Shown one piece after another: positions 1-13,928 of a stretch of DNA of 64,000 nt. Below the pieces are notes generated by a model. That model saw nothing but the letters and a program-made list of their open reading frames with translations, was not told the DNA's origin and did no database searches. Made by a program: the position numbers and the translations under genes. This DNA comes from Botryllus schlosseri (taxonomy: Eukaryota), in assembly GCA_051294905.1 (NCBI GenBank), contig CM119372.1:34598001-34662000 (forward strand), read 5' to 3'. Within the stretch, counting starts at the first letter, position 1. Each line of letters opens with the position of its first letter.

Positions 1-419
1 ACAAAGCTGACTTCTGTAACTATTGGTACAGTGCCCTAGGCATGAACGGAAAGGAGAAATGTTGATTGTTTTGCTCAGAAATGCCCCCAAACACCAAATT
101 TCTTCTCATATCACTCAGAGCTCAATGTGATAATGGTCTCTGTAACGCAAAAGTTATAGTAATTTTATACTTGCTCGCCCACGCATTGGAACAAAGAGTT
201 CGGCTCTCTGGTGGAAGGATTTGAAGTTGCATATACCGACTTGACAACGAATGTAATGCACGCTCCATGAAGGGATTTACATGCGCCGCTAGAAGATACA
301 CAATCTCACAAGCAGCAGCTGCAAACTTACGAACGCTGTTCATTATTACTTTATAATGCATAGAAATGTACTAAATGCCGGTATACGACTGGTAAATCGG
401 CTACAATAGCCTAAATTTA

Positions 420-518
420 TTAGTAGCCCATGAATGGAAGGTAACATAGTTCTGCGGCCCGCAGCGTCTTTTACTGTTAAAATGCGGCCCGTTATACAAG
501 GAAAGTTGAGAACCCCTG
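420..518. mobile_element. Right end of a hAT (Charlie/Buster-type) element
   Basis: Subterminal GCGGCCCG motifs and terminus GTTGAGAACCCCTG at 518. Left end not seen. Confidence 0.6.
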
Positions 519-2353
519 CTATAGGCCTATGTTAGCGAATCACCTAAAAAGGCATAGTCACCGGTTATCATGCCTACCATTAAAATGCAGCGATGAATTA
601 TTGAAAAGTTTGTGACACTCTGATGTGACAAGCTGCGAATGTAAGCAAAGTGACGTTATTCCGTACATGAGGCCGAATGTTTGATTTTGGATTCCCGCCT
701 CGCAATACCAGCTGTACTCAAATGAACTTTAGACTGCCTGACTGTACTTATAGTAATGGACGTTGAAGTTGATGTTGCTGAAAGCGAAAACCTATTTAAT
801 AGCAGAATCGTTTTGCATTCACGAACCTTGCCATTTTGTTGAAGACGAATTTGGGAAATATTATAATTCTAACTTTTTCATACAGCAAGTCGAACTTCAT
901 CAGCAGCGGAGAAGCCATCAGAATCAAAATTTTTATACATCAAAAACTTGAAGCTGACTGCGAGGAACGTGCTGACAGACCATGCCAAATTAAAGGAAGA
1001 TCACGATGGAACTCATGAGAGCATACATTCAAACCAAACTTGAATTCACATACGCAGTTAGTGAAACAATGACCGCCTTTGCGATTTACCTGTCATCAAA
1101 GGACCAGACAATGTGTAGCGTTGAAACGAAACAATGGTGAGATTTGTCGCTTGGTCAATACATACCAGCAAATAGCAAAGTTTGTGACAAGCAAGTCGCA
1201 TTGCGCTATTGCTATATCATTTGCATACTGAATCGATTAGGTTTGTATAAAGTCTTTAATTATATATTTGACATATACAGCGCTTCATTTTTAACTGCAG
1301 TGTATTATTTCCGAGTATCAGTCGATTGGTCTTCGTAATTCTTAAAACATTGACAGATCGAAATTTGAACAGGATTATGAATTTCTTATGTATGTGAGCA
1401 GTTATTAAATCAAATCTAGGTCCGTGCTCATCGGTCGTAAATGCGGGATGACCAGTTTTGTCCACTGGTGCGTGAACGTGGACAGGATTTGTTCAGATCA
1501 AAATCTTCAATTTCTAAATCCGGAGAGATCCCTAATGAGTTCTATCGATCCGAATCGTATCCCTAGACCGAAAACTGTCGCCTGTTCTCTCTGATCCCTG
1601 CGACCAGTCCATATAATAATAATATGGTAAATATTTAGTCTCTATATTGAATCGTATGATTGGTTACTTGGAAGATATATGACGATTGATTTATATCGGC
1701 CATTCGTTGTGTGCTTTCATTTCTCCGAAGGGATAGCAATTATCATCGTACAATATATATTGGTCAATTACAGTTATGAATAGTGTAAGTACCCTATATA
1801 TATGTATACCGTTCCTGGCGACAATGATTTTATCTGTATATTATTTGATGATCTTTGTCTGCTAGTACTGAGTTGATTATTGAACATTGTAGTCTGTATC
1901 AGTGCTTGTAAACCTTTTTGGAATGGTACGCTCGTCGATTAGTGATAGAGCTGAGTATCGCAGTGTTCTCACATTATAAATAAATAATTAAAAAAATAAA
2001 TAAATAAATGTATGTAGTTATACAAGCACGAAGTGACATCATTTGTCAACTGTCGATGTGAATGATTCTGTCAAGGACGTGCTCTAAATAAACCGATAAT
2101 TTCAATTTAGCATCTCTTCATATGTAAATGTATCTCTTATTGTTCAATATATGCCTCGTGAATGATGATATTGACAGGGATATGGCCTCGATAATGAGGA
2201 TGGAACGTTAGCATATCAATGAAAATGTAAAACGGTGTTTAAAGTATTGAAAAGTTGCTGGTAAGTTTCAATAAAGTAGCTAGGCAGTTATACGTTATCA
2301 TGTATAGACGCATAGCAGTGACTGGTTGCGAATTGGTTAGGTGGCTTCACATA

Positions 2354-2720
2354 TAGGGTTACCACATGTCCTCTTTTAAGAGGATTTGTCCTCCTTTGTC
2401 AGGAAATCGAAAATGTCCCCGACGGCGCCTATAAATGCCCTTCTTTTCGGAAATTCGTTGTCCTTTACAGCTTTGACAGCTAGGCTGACGGACCGGGTGA
2501 ACTAAAAATAGCTGTATATGACGGACGCTCGAACGGTCCATTCGGTAGTCGAATCGGAGTTTTGACCTTTTTTTCTTAGTCAGCACCAAAGGAGTATCTT
2601 GAAAAAGTGGGTAATCTGGGAGCAAATATTCTAAAATCAGCTGTTTTCAATTTCGGTACACAACTTCTGGGACCTAAAAAAAGTGTCCTCCTTTCCACAT
2701 TCCAAAATATGGTAACCCTC
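2354..2720. mobile_element. Short hAT MITE (Blackjack-like termini)
   Basis: TAGGGTTACCA...TGGTAACCCTC; flanks TTCACATA/TTTACATA (7/8 TSD); GTCCTC subterminal repeats shared with 46714-47129. Confidence 0.8.
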
Positions 2721-2945
2721 TTTACATAGATAGCAATGCTTATTATGACTTCGTAGCGTTGCAGTGTAAGGTATGCTCCCCTCCCCTTTTAACCCCCAGG
2801 ACGAAAACAAGAAAGAGTTTATTTCAAATGTTTTAAGTCCGTGAAACAAGTTTTTAAATCTATTGAACAAACCATTTCACTACATATTTATCAGGATCAG
2901 ATATCCGCACAAACGAGCAGGATCCACTACGAAGGACCCATAGTG

Positions 2946-4698
2946 TAGGGTTGCCATACGTCCGGAATTTCCCGGACATGTCCGGAATTTCACTGAAAAA
3001 TCTGCGTCCGGAAGGAATTTCTAAAATATGCCGAAATGTCCGGAATTTTGAAGGCTTGAAGCAGGCTCAAAAGTTTTTCGTAAATAAACATAAACAATAT
3101 TATTTTCAAGCAGATTTATGCTATTCAAAATTTTTCTTCGCGCCGCGCGCGAGTTAATGCAACGTATAATGATATTAGCACAGTGTCCTATATGGTGTCG
3201 ACACAGGCAAATCTCACGCCTCAGTGAAATTGTATCACGTCACAATTTCCATTTGGCTACAGGCAATTTGACGGTCATTTTTGACCGGCTTGCAAAGCAT
3301 CAAATTTGGTAAAACGGGTATCAATCGAAAGCTGACTCTGCACTGATTACGAAAATATAAATTTTATTCCGCTCGTGGCCCTGGAACTCCCACAATCAGC
3401 CTCGAATTTTTCATTGTTATGGAGATGGCATTGGGACGCAACAATGCTGAACAATGCTGTCTGAAACTTTTTCTCTTGAACTACTCTCTCGTTTCGCCAG
3501 ACAGCATTGTTGCGTCTCAATGCCAATCTCCATAACAATGAAAAATTCAAGGCTGATTGTGGGAGTTCCAGGGCCACGAGCGGAATAAAATTTATATTTT
3601 CGTAATCAGTGCAGAGTCAGCTTTCGATTGATACCCGTTTTACCAAATTTGATGCTCGGCAAGCCGGTTAAAAATGACCGTCAAATTGCCCGTAGCCAAA
3701 TGGAAATTGTGACGTGATACAATTTCACTGAGGCGTGAGATTTGCCTGTGTCGACACCATATAGGACACTATGATATTAGTATGGGCTGCAGGCACCACC
3801 CTCGTCAAAAAATGCAATCAAAATAAATATAAATAACCATCATTTACTGAAATAAGTCCGATTGTAATCGTAATTATAAGCTAACGGTATATTCCTAGAG
3901 TTGGTTAAGGCCGATTGGATGCTTCAATCTCAGACAGTGGTTCCAAATCTTGGGGTCGTCCGCCTTTATCTGGAGATCGCGATGATGTTGGACGTAATCA
4001 GTTTCCTAGGCCGTGAGTAAGTTAGAGCAGGCTGAATTTTTTTAGTAATCAGCTTATCAAGTTTTGAGCTTTTCCACGCAACATTTTCAAGTAGGGCGAC
4101 CATCAAAGATCGCGAGATTGCGAGATCGCGACCATAAAAGGTTGGAGATCACCGGATGTGCAACCTGCTGGTGCATTCTATAGTAGCCTAATATATCGAA
4201 GAATCAATATTATTTACAGAATTCATACAAAAAATTTAACAGCCAAATGCATATAGTAAGTGCCCAACAAGTTACATCGACTACCCTATGGTGGGCCCAA
4301 GATCAGTGCTTTTTGGGCGGAAGGGGGGGGGGATGGGATTGTTGTTTTGGACCTGATTAAAACACATAAACAGATAGCCGCACCGACCTACCTGTATAGC
4401 AGGGCTGTCAAACACAATCCTGACAGGCCAGACACGGCCCGCCAGATGATTTCATCCGGCCCGTGGAGGAATCTATTGCAAACCCTGGCAAGTAGGAATC
4501 ACCAGAGCTCACATTACAGATGGCCCATTCATGACCTATGTTCCACTTCATTCCTGTATAGTGTGTATACCGTCAATGGGCAATGCTTTGCTAGTGTGAC
4601 GTCATATTGACGGTCAATGTGTTACACCTCATTTTAAAATCCGCTAGTGGGCGCTAAAGAGTGTCCGGAATTTGCTTCACAAAAATATGGCAACCCTA
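2946..4698. mobile_element. Non-autonomous hAT (Blackjack-like), family A copy 1
   Basis: TIR TAGGGTTGCCATA/TATGGCAACCCTA; perfect TSD CCATAGTG (2938-2945, 4699-4706); TCCGGA subterminal repeats; homologous to 6120-8229 and 15176-16339. Confidence 0.92.
3179..3773. mobile_element. Fold-back MITE with ~280-bp inverted arms, possibly P superfamily
   Basis: Arms ~3179-3463 and ~3498-3773 are near-perfect reverse complements; termini CACAGTG...CACTATG; flanking direct repeat ATATTAG (3172-3178, 3774-3780). Nested in family A copy 1. Confidence 0.85.
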
Positions 4699-5176
4699 CC
4701 ATAGTGCCGTATCTGAGAACTTTTATAGAACGAAGATAAATGTTAAGATGATAAGGGGTGGGTGGAATCGACTTCATGAGTGCTGATTCAGTTCCGAGAC
4801 GAGTAAAGCTTCGAGTCGAGTAATCGAGCATCACACATTATGACGCTGTTACAGTTAATGGACTTGAAGTACCCCAATACGTACATTCTATGTACTTTCT
4901 GTATGCCCATAGATATTTAATGCCATGAACGTTGGTAGCCGTCTGCTGCATGTATTGAATAATACGCTACCCTATATCGACGTTTCATGACTCCGCGGTG
5001 ACAGGAAAGTATCACAACCATAAGTTTCGTTCATAACGAATTTGGAGCGTATAATGTTAGTGGATCTACTCTAAAGCATAGATCATCCCATTGTTTGTGG
5101 TACAAATAGCGATTTAACATCCATTATTATATTCTTTATTTACAGTAAAACTAGTAAATACGCACATTATTCTAAT

Positions 5177-5459
5177 GGCGAGATAGCGTAGTGGTATAAT
5201 CCACAGCTGCGACACCAATGGGTTGTGGGTTCGAGTTCGACCGAGGTCAACTCCAGAACTCCAAACCAAGTGTTGGAGGTTTATCTAGGCTCCTCCTCCT
5301 CGTCTCATCCATGTAACCGGCTTCTTGTAAAAGCCTAGAACTGGGTCGTGCTACAAGTCGGCATCTAGGAATAACAATGGAGAAACTTGGCCTGATGCAA
5401 ATGACCAATTGACCCCAGTAGTCGACAAACACCATGAATACCACAAACAAAAACACACA
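5177..5459 (+). mobile_element. tRNA-derived SINE
   Basis: Pol III A box TAGCGTAGTGG (5184) and B box GGTTCGAGTTC (5228); body shared with 60772-60955; CAAA-type tail. Confidence 0.75.
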
Positions 5460-5479
5460 TATTCCGGAGAGCAACCTGC

Positions 5480-5821
5480 CCCCAAAGGAAAATTGTATTG
5501 TATTGAAAATTGTACTCACAATTTATTTGTGAGAGAGCAATGGAGGCGCAGTAAAACGCACGATCATTGAATGATTGGTCGCTCTCACGGGTTACACCAG
5601 CGTTTCGCGAACAATCCGAGCATATGCAAGATACAGTGATTTTTATCGACACCAATTCCTTCATGATTCGAAATTGACTCGTGACTTTTGCTCCGAGTCA
5701 CGAGTAAATCCACATTTCTGATGCACCGAGTCAAATCAAGACATTTTAGCAAAGTGACTCGAGTCAAGTCAAGTCATACAAAAAAGGTGACTCGAGTCTG
5801 ACTCGAATCATCCTAGCACTG
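5480..5821. mobile_element. Partial hAT MITE, GACTCGAGTC-repeat family
   Basis: Reverse-complement similarity to the left part of 49218-50171; ends ATCCTAGCACTG. Confidence 0.7.
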
Positions 5822-6119
5822 GGGAATATACACCCTTGAAAAAAATCCATTACATTGTTAACCTAGTTTATTAAATGTCGTTATAAAATGCCGATCGCAT
5901 CTCTAATATTTCTCAGCTCATTTGTAATTCAGCAATTCCTATTATTAGTGCCTCCAATTAGCGGGAATCGACTAGACAGCGGTGCGCGATCATTCGTAAA
6001 GGTTGTTATTCATTTGTATGCGAAATGGTGCGATTAAAATCTCCTGGACTCGCTAATTGCATGACCGGACTCGTTACAGATGAAATGACATATTTGTTTC
6101 TTTTCTAGTTATAGTAGGC

Positions 6120-8229
6120 TAGGGTTGCCATATTTTTGTTTTACAAATTCCGGACGCTTTTCAGCGCCCACTAGCGGATTTCAAAATGAGGTGTGAGATC
6201 ATTGTCGATCAATATGACGTCACACCAGCAACGCTTTGTCTAATGACTAGAGGTGGTCACGATCCGGTTCAGGAGTACGTGGTTGTGTATTGTAAGTGGT
6301 AACCAGGGCCGAAACCACATTTTTCAGCCCCCTCCTGCCGAAATAAACACTGATCTTGGGCCCGCCGTAGGGTATTCGATGCAACTTCTGGGGGCTTACT
6401 ATATGCATCTGGTCTTTAAATGATTTGAATGAATTGTGTCAATATTATTGGTTCTTCCATATATTACTGTATAAATTTGATCGTCTCTCCGCCCACGTGA
6501 TCAGAGTTAGCGGGGTAGAGCTGGGGGAGGACGATGACTTCGAAAATGCAAGGAGCGTAATTGTACATCGTTAAGTCATGTTCATGTCACGCCGATGAAA
6601 TTATTTATCAGCCTAATGCCGGTGCACACTGCACCACTGAGCTATATAGACACCGCACATCCGGTGGTTTCCAACCTTTTTTGGTCGCGACTCCATTTCC
6701 AATTTGAAAATGTGCCGTGGCCCAGCTAAAAGTTTGATGAGCTGATTACTAATTAAAGGTAGGTACATTTGCCCAGACTCACTCACGGCCTATATTGGAA
6801 GCTAATTACGTTCAACATCTTCGCGAAACCAAGAAAAAAGGCAATCTACCCCCAGGTCTAGAACCACCACCTTTGAATATATCATTCAAACGGCCTGTCC
6901 TAAACCGACTCTATGATTTTTCCGTTATCTTGTGATTGCCATTACATGATTGCAATCACACTTATTTTTGTAAATGAATGGTATTTTTCATTTATTTTTG
7001 ATCGCAGTTTTTGCGAGGGTGATAGTCCACATATTAAAACCAATATATATGATGCCAAATCGCGCGAAGCGCGGAGAAAACGTTCATGTAGCATATATTA
7101 GGGATGGTGTGAACGTGAGGTTCACGTTTGCGTTCTGTGTGTGAACCTCAGAAATTCAGAGGTTCACGTTCACAAACGAACCTTGGTAGGTTCTGCACTG
7201 TGAACTTTTTTCATATATTACAATTTTTACTTCATTAAAAATCTTTGGTTGAAATTTACTGCATTTCAACTGCGGACCACTATATGCATATATGCCGCTG
7301 GCAGCATAAATAAATCAACACTAAACGAGCATGCACCTTGACAATTTCAAAAATTTTACTTGCTTTGTTACAAAAGTTTGCTCGAATATTTAGTGACTCT
7401 CCGCTGTGAGCTCGACCCGCAATCACACAACATCAAGAGCGAAATATACACTACATGTAGGTAGTCAGCGAATGGTGCTTATTCAACCAATCAATTAAAT
7501 TGATATCGTTGTCTGATGTAAAATATCTACCACGCATACGGGGTCAATCTTGATTTCATATGTTTATTGTATCATAAAAACCAAATCCATGCGATTTGGG
7601 TGTTGGCTACTGCTGTATAACTTGTTAATGGGGTAATATCGGTAGCAAGTATAGAAACCTGTGTTACACTCTGCGCAATATCAACGTAGAAATACTCAGA
7701 CGCCCGCCGAATGCATTATCCGGTCTGGCCTAGACTGTTAAGGCGTAAGCTTGTATTCCCTTGCAAGTCCTCGTCGAAATTGCTGGCAAAGCGACAGAAG
7801 ATATTGATTTTATGTATCATTTGATTGCCCAAGTTAAAACATTTATCGACGTTTAAAACGTCAATATGTACTTCAGCACTGTGACATTATGTGGCCTCTG
7901 AGTCGTCGCTAGGTATCGTGTGTACACTGTACAGGTTGGAATTAGCAATATGATGTCACGTGACGTCATGAGGTTCACGTTCGCGTTCACACAGAACCTT
8001 TCAAAAAAGTTCGTGCTCACACGAACCTGAATCTTTCAGAGGTTCACACCATCCCTAGATCTTCCCAAAAATAATCTTGTTTATGTTGATTTATGAAAAT
8101 ATTATGAGCATCACTTCAAGCCTTCAAAATTCCGGACATTTAGGCATATTTTAGAAATTCCTCCCGGACGCAGTTTTTACAGTGAAATTCCGGACATGTC
8201 CGGGAAATTCCGGACGTATGGCAACCCTA
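6120..8229. mobile_element. Family A hAT copy 2 (opposite orientation)
   Basis: Same TIRs; perfect TSD TAGTAGGC (6112-6119, 8230-8237). Confidence 0.92.
7099..8057. mobile_element. hAT-Ac-like MITE nested in family A copy 2
   Basis: TIR TAGGGATGGTGTGAAC/GTTCACACCATCCCTA; GTGAAC subterminal repeats; TSD not preserved. Confidence 0.8.
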
Positions 8230-8319
8230 TAGTAGGCTATTGCGTGCTAGAGTGTAGCTTATGAAGGATTATATCTACCATACGCATAAGTTCGTCAACA
8301 CCAACAAGTTTATCTGACA

Positions 8320-11300
8320 CATAGGCGCCGAGTTACGGGGTGGCGGGGTGGCGCAGCCACCCCATGACACAATTATGGGGTGGCGGCCACCCCATGCAAA
8401 ATGCTTAAACGCCCGCCGTCTAATCTGTCAATTAGCGAGTCTGTGACATCGCGTAAATGCCAACCATTTACCATTAACCGATGCGCGCGTGAATAATTGA
8501 ATACTCAGCTTCTTCGGCGACGACGAACTAGTGCTTAGAACGCCCAATAAAGTGTAATCCGTGATTTGTAATCACTAATAATCATACAATCGAAGCGACC
8601 TCGTTGACGGCGTCGATTTCGACACGCTTGCGCGAAAAATACCATCTCCTCTCTTGACCAGACGAACGAATTAACGTTCTACTTCTCTCAACTAAGCTGT
8701 AGTTGCGCGCATATTCGTTTACAAAATAATTCTTGAGGTAGTTTCGTGATAGTCTTTTGAATTGGAGCGCGATCGCGAAATAGGAAAGTGGGTTTGTGTA
8801 TGCCTTCGAAGAGACAGTCATTCCTGCGCAAAGTGCGCATATTCATTGCTCTAACAAGGGTTTGCTAACTTTTATCTGGTAATGCAGTAATGCAGCTCAA
8901 ACGTCGTTATAATGAGCAAACAATTGTCGCGATGTCAGACTCGGAACCTCATTGTGCTGTACGCAAGCTGAGGAATTACTGATTATGCGTGCATTCTCGT
9001 TTGCTATCATCTGTAGGTACTAATTCTTGTCTGCTTTATATGTTCGTATTCCCTCGATGTCACTTGTCAGTGTTTGATTTGTTATTAATCCTGCGCATTG
9101 TGTAGTACATGGCGTTGAATTACGTTGTCAAATATTGATGCAACAAGAGATTCTCTGTGGCGCAAATTCTGAATTTATTCGATTAGTTTGAGCGGGAACC
9201 TTCTATGTTCCAATAAACTTCATTGCTGGACGGCCTCTATCGGGCGCAACCATATCGCGGATCGAATCTCAAACCATCGGGATTTGTATTCCCAATAATA
9301 AGGTTGCGGCATGCGCCCATATTGCTCTTGCTGCAATAACACCTTGATAATTAAGTCACACCATTTCACGATCAAATTCGACTGGCTGATTGGGACCTAC
9401 GTAGGCCGTAGGCCCCGGGCCCCGGGCTGATATTAACCAGCGCGTTGTCGGCATTAAAACACTACGTGCGTAGCCAGTGAGTTTCTCATTTCAAACTAAA
9501 AATCCCGTCCTTTTGAAACGTCAATTCACAATTCGTATTATCGATGCTGCGTACTGCAAATTAGCGAGAAACATTTGTATGCGAAATGGGTCGTCGATAT
9601 CTCATGTGCACTATCGTCGGTGATTTGATTTGGCGCGTCCGTATGCAGGCCTGCTACCGTCCGCAGAAACCCTTTCGCCAAACAGTAACAATCTCTGAGT
9701 GTAATACTATTTGTGTTTATGTATCTTTTTGATTAAAACTTATACCCGCGTCTGAACAAATTGTGCTCTATGCCATTGCCGAATCTGGGTATTTAGGTAT
9801 GACTAGCGCACCCTGTAATTGTAAATATTGCGGGTTTATGGCATGTCTGCAATTTCGGTATCAGCGCAGCCTTGCCGGCCGATTGTGCAGTAGGGCTGTT
9901 CAAAAATACCTTTTTTTTCTGGATTCCAGCCATTCAGTCATTAAATTGTCAGGTTACACTAAAAATCGCTACACACCAAATTTGGTTCAATTCTAAAAAG
10001 TATAGGGCTCCGCAGATCCCATTAAAATTTTTAATTTAAACAGGAAAAATAAAAAATAAAATTTTAAAGTTTTCTGTCGACCCCATAAAATTGTTGAGCT
10101 GTCTTCAGAGACGATGCAAAACAAATTTGACTCAATTCCAACTAGTAGAAGCGGAGTTATTGGAGTTTTTCGTTGATAATCCTCGGATTATCCACCAATC
10201 AAGGATAATTCGAGAAATATCAACGAAAAACTCCAATAACTCCGCTTCTGCTAGTTGGAATTGAGTCAAATTTGTTTTGCATGGTCTCTGAAGACAGCTC
10301 AACAATTTCATGCGGTCGACAGAAAAATTCGAATTCTTTCTTTTTAATTTTCCGGTTTAAATTAAAAAATTCAAATGGATCTGCGGAGCCCTATACTTGT
10401 TAGAATTGAACCAAATTTGGTGTGCAGTGTTTTTTAGGGTAACCTGACAATTTGATAAGTGAACGACTGGAATCCAGAAAAATAAGTTATTTTTGAACAG
10501 CCCTATTGTGCAGTCCGATAAAATTGTTCACTACTATGTATTTCGCACAGCGTACTGATACTGATTTCAGCAAACTAACGATCGTTGTGAAATGTCAAAA
10601 TTCGACCTCATTGCTAGAAACGTAGATTTCATCACGCGCTCTGAGAAACACTATCTTCTACCCTGATTTGACGACCAAATATACGTTCACCTTCTACAAA
10701 TTAAAATGCAATATTTGCATCGATGAGGGCCGCAAGCCGCGTTTAAAATATTTTGTTAACCATTTTTGTCATAAATATTCTCTGAACGCAAAGTTGAACA
10801 GTGTTTTATTGTGTGTGCCTGGTAGTTGGAATTTATTTCAGTGCCCATAATAATAGTCCAGTTATGATTTGCGAACGTAAATCGGGAAATGCAGCAATGC
10901 AGTCTAAATCGATGTTTTAATCAGCAACCAATTGTCGCGATGCAAGCTACTCAATACTAAGTAAAAACCCATTGTGTTGGCGGCAAGAGAAAATGACTGA
11001 TTGGTCGCACGCGTTTGTACGTGTTCCAGAATTGTTGAGCCATGTTACTGCTCAGTCCAGCAATGAATGCCGAGCGTTCGGCAATCAATAACCTAATTTC
11101 GCAATGATCTCAGCGAGAGATCGCGTCGCGTGCACAGACGAAACTCGATAATTGGTCACGGCCGCGCGTAACACTGATAATACGACATGTTGAATCGCAA
11201 CTGAATATTAGCATCAGACTGGTAATTTCGAAAGGACGGGGTTTTGCGTTTCAAAAGGAGAGGGTTTCGACACCCCCTGGCTACGCGCCTGCCGCCACCC

Positions 11301-11324
11301 AATGCAAAAATAAAAGTCGGCAGA
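8320..11324. mobile_element. Non-autonomous hAT-like family B copy 1
   Basis: Begins CATAGGCGCCGAG; colinear with 56891-59987 over ~2.3 kb; right TIR clipped; flanks ATCTGACA/TTCTGACA. Confidence 0.85.
9891..10505. mobile_element. Palindromic MITE with hATm-like termini
   Basis: TIR TAGGGCTGTTCAAAAA; ~290-bp arms; perfect TSD TTGTGCAG; the matching site in family B copy 2 (~59170) is empty. Confidence 0.9.
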
Positions 11325-13928
11325 TTCTGACATATGCATTATTCGGCATTTACACATGTAAATTGATACCACCTCGCTACATTTCAAAAAATTTCAACTC
11401 CTTCCTATTTTTTTGTCCGCTTGCACATGCATTTTACCGAGGCGCAACACCGCATGAACGGTTACCAGTTGACTGCTCATCAATTGTATTACGTGCTGTT
11501 TAATACTTGAGGTCTTAACTTTCGCCAAAGCAAGTCTTCACAAAACTAAGCCTTTCCAAATTTTAGTGGAGGGGCAATTGTAAAGGGTGGAAATAGAGAT
11601 ATCAGGCTGAGGGAATGAAGAAAAAAGATTAGGAACCACTCTTATAATTTGAAAATACCATTGCTTTATGTAATTTTGTAGACTGTGCTATACTACTAGA
11701 AGAGCGTTACCACACTAGATTTCCATGTCATGAGATTGTGCTGTGATTTCAAAATAATCTCGTGTGTATTCTATTTATATTTTACCTTCCGTCCTCCATG
11801 ATTAGACTACCGGCATCGCTGACGACGCATGGTATAAAGATACTGGTGATATCATTGGTGCATCAGGGCTGTATGGATAATTTCATCAAAAATAATTGGA
11901 ATATAAACGCCGGAACATTTCCACGCATCGGAAATAGAATATCGCATGAGAGGTTAGACAAGTTGCGAAAGTATGGCATAAGTATCAAATATGGGATGGA
12001 AGAATGTTGCTATGGTAAGGAAAATTGAGAAGTATGGTATGGAACGATTGCGGCGGGTATGGAGTATAGAAAATTCCCATTCCATACCATACCATGCCCG
12101 GGATGTAACCAATAAATGTCTTCAAGATGAGAGGCTAGATAGAAAGGACTATAGGCTGATGAACGTGATATGCTCATTAAAAACTCACTCCAAAAGCTGT
12201 CGTCGGAAGCGTTATATTACATGCGCCACGAATATATCTTTCAATTCTACAATTTCTACATATAGTGTGATGTTATATTTAAAAAAAGAGTCGTTTTGCG
12301 GATGTTTATCACGAGACAGGAGACAAGACAGATGATGGTTGCACGATGATTGTGCTAATTTTGAACGAAATCGGGGAGGGGTCCGTGGCGATCCAAAAGG
12401 GGTCCGCGAAGACAAAAAGGTTGAGAAGCACTGTACTATAGAGATGGTGAGAACGATCGTCCACGTTCGTCTTCTATTTTATATATATATGGGTTTGCGT
12501 TAAAAAGCAAATGTTAGAGGGGTAGCCCTGTACTTTGTGAAAATATTGTGAAATATATGTGTTTCTTTGTAATTTTAACATCCATGATCGAAATCTGTTG
12601 GAATTCAACTTCATACCATTAGCTGCATCGCGATGGCAACAAAAAGCGCAAGTTCAATAATACTTTTGACGACGTAAATTATACACATACACATACCGCG
12701 CTATCTGTTCTTGCTAATAAAATTACCAGCTCCTATCACTGATACGTATTTGGCTTATATATCTATATTTTGGTCCGACCGCACTGCTATCTATCTGCCT
12801 TTAACTAAACGGCAATGTTATATTAGGGTCCATGATTCCACATGGTTCAGGTGGTCCGAATATCCTCATCCATTTAATACTGGGTGCGAATGCGGGTTCT
12901 TGCTGGTCGAAGTGACCTTAGATCTATCATGGTGCGTTGGCGGAAAGGCAAAAGCGTTTCCAGATGCCACACAATTTAACAAAAATCCCGATAAATTTAA
13001 TTTGAATTTCAGTTAATTCTGATGACAAGAGCGAAAATAAACATAGATGAAGTCATTGCGTCCATTTCATTGGAATAGGCTACCCGTCGTCCCACCATGT
13101 GATATTTCAGATTCATGCTGATGTTCATCTTCGAACGGACGAGAACCTTTCAGTGGTTCGCTTTCGCACCATTTCTTAGTGCCGAGGTTCGCAAACTTTT
13201 TTGGACACGCCCCCTTGATGATAGTGAAAAATGTCGCGTTCCCCCTATCGTCATATCATAAAATGCAAACAGAATGCTAGCAATCACCTCGGATCGTTTG
13301 ATGGTATGGAAGGTTATGACTCTTGCGGAGATAATTCTCAAATATGAAATTCGGACTGCTCGCAGAGACTATGACTTGGAGGTAAATCATGCGGATCGCG
13401 ATAATAATTTTCTGTTGACCGCAGCTTCGCGCCCCCTTCAGATGCTTTCACGCCCCCAAGGGCGGTTGCACTCCCCAGTTTGAGAACAACTGCCTTAGTG
13501 ACTACTGACCAGAATATTTAGTTGCTCGTCGTAATCAACAAGAGAACGACCATCATATTGCATATTGATTAACTGATATCAATTGGTACCTCAAACTCAG
13601 CAGAAATATCACTATTACAGAACCGATAGGAGATATAGGTCTACCAAATCCTATGAAAGGAGTATGATTCCAGTGAATATGGAAATGCCCGGTTTAGCTA
13701 AAGAGGGCAGTAACTATGATATATTGTTTACTGTGTATTTTACAAATGCTATGACTATCTTTGCGGAGCGACCAAATAATTGGATAGACATGGTAATAGA
13801 TATATGCATTGATTTTCTCTGGTTATCAATAAATGTAAGCACGTTTGGGTATATCTTTCGGCGGGCGACGCAAATACCACTCGAATTCAATTTGAATATA
13901 TACTAGTTTGAAATGTAATGTCATACGC

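Noticed and set aside
5177..5250. Functional tRNA gene
   Set aside because: A/B boxes present but no closing acceptor stem or poly-T terminator; continues into a repeated body.
13583..13906. ORFs here and at 37204-37539 and 56289-56672 as host exons
   Set aside because: No recognisable domain or consistent splice chain; cannot be supported without searches.
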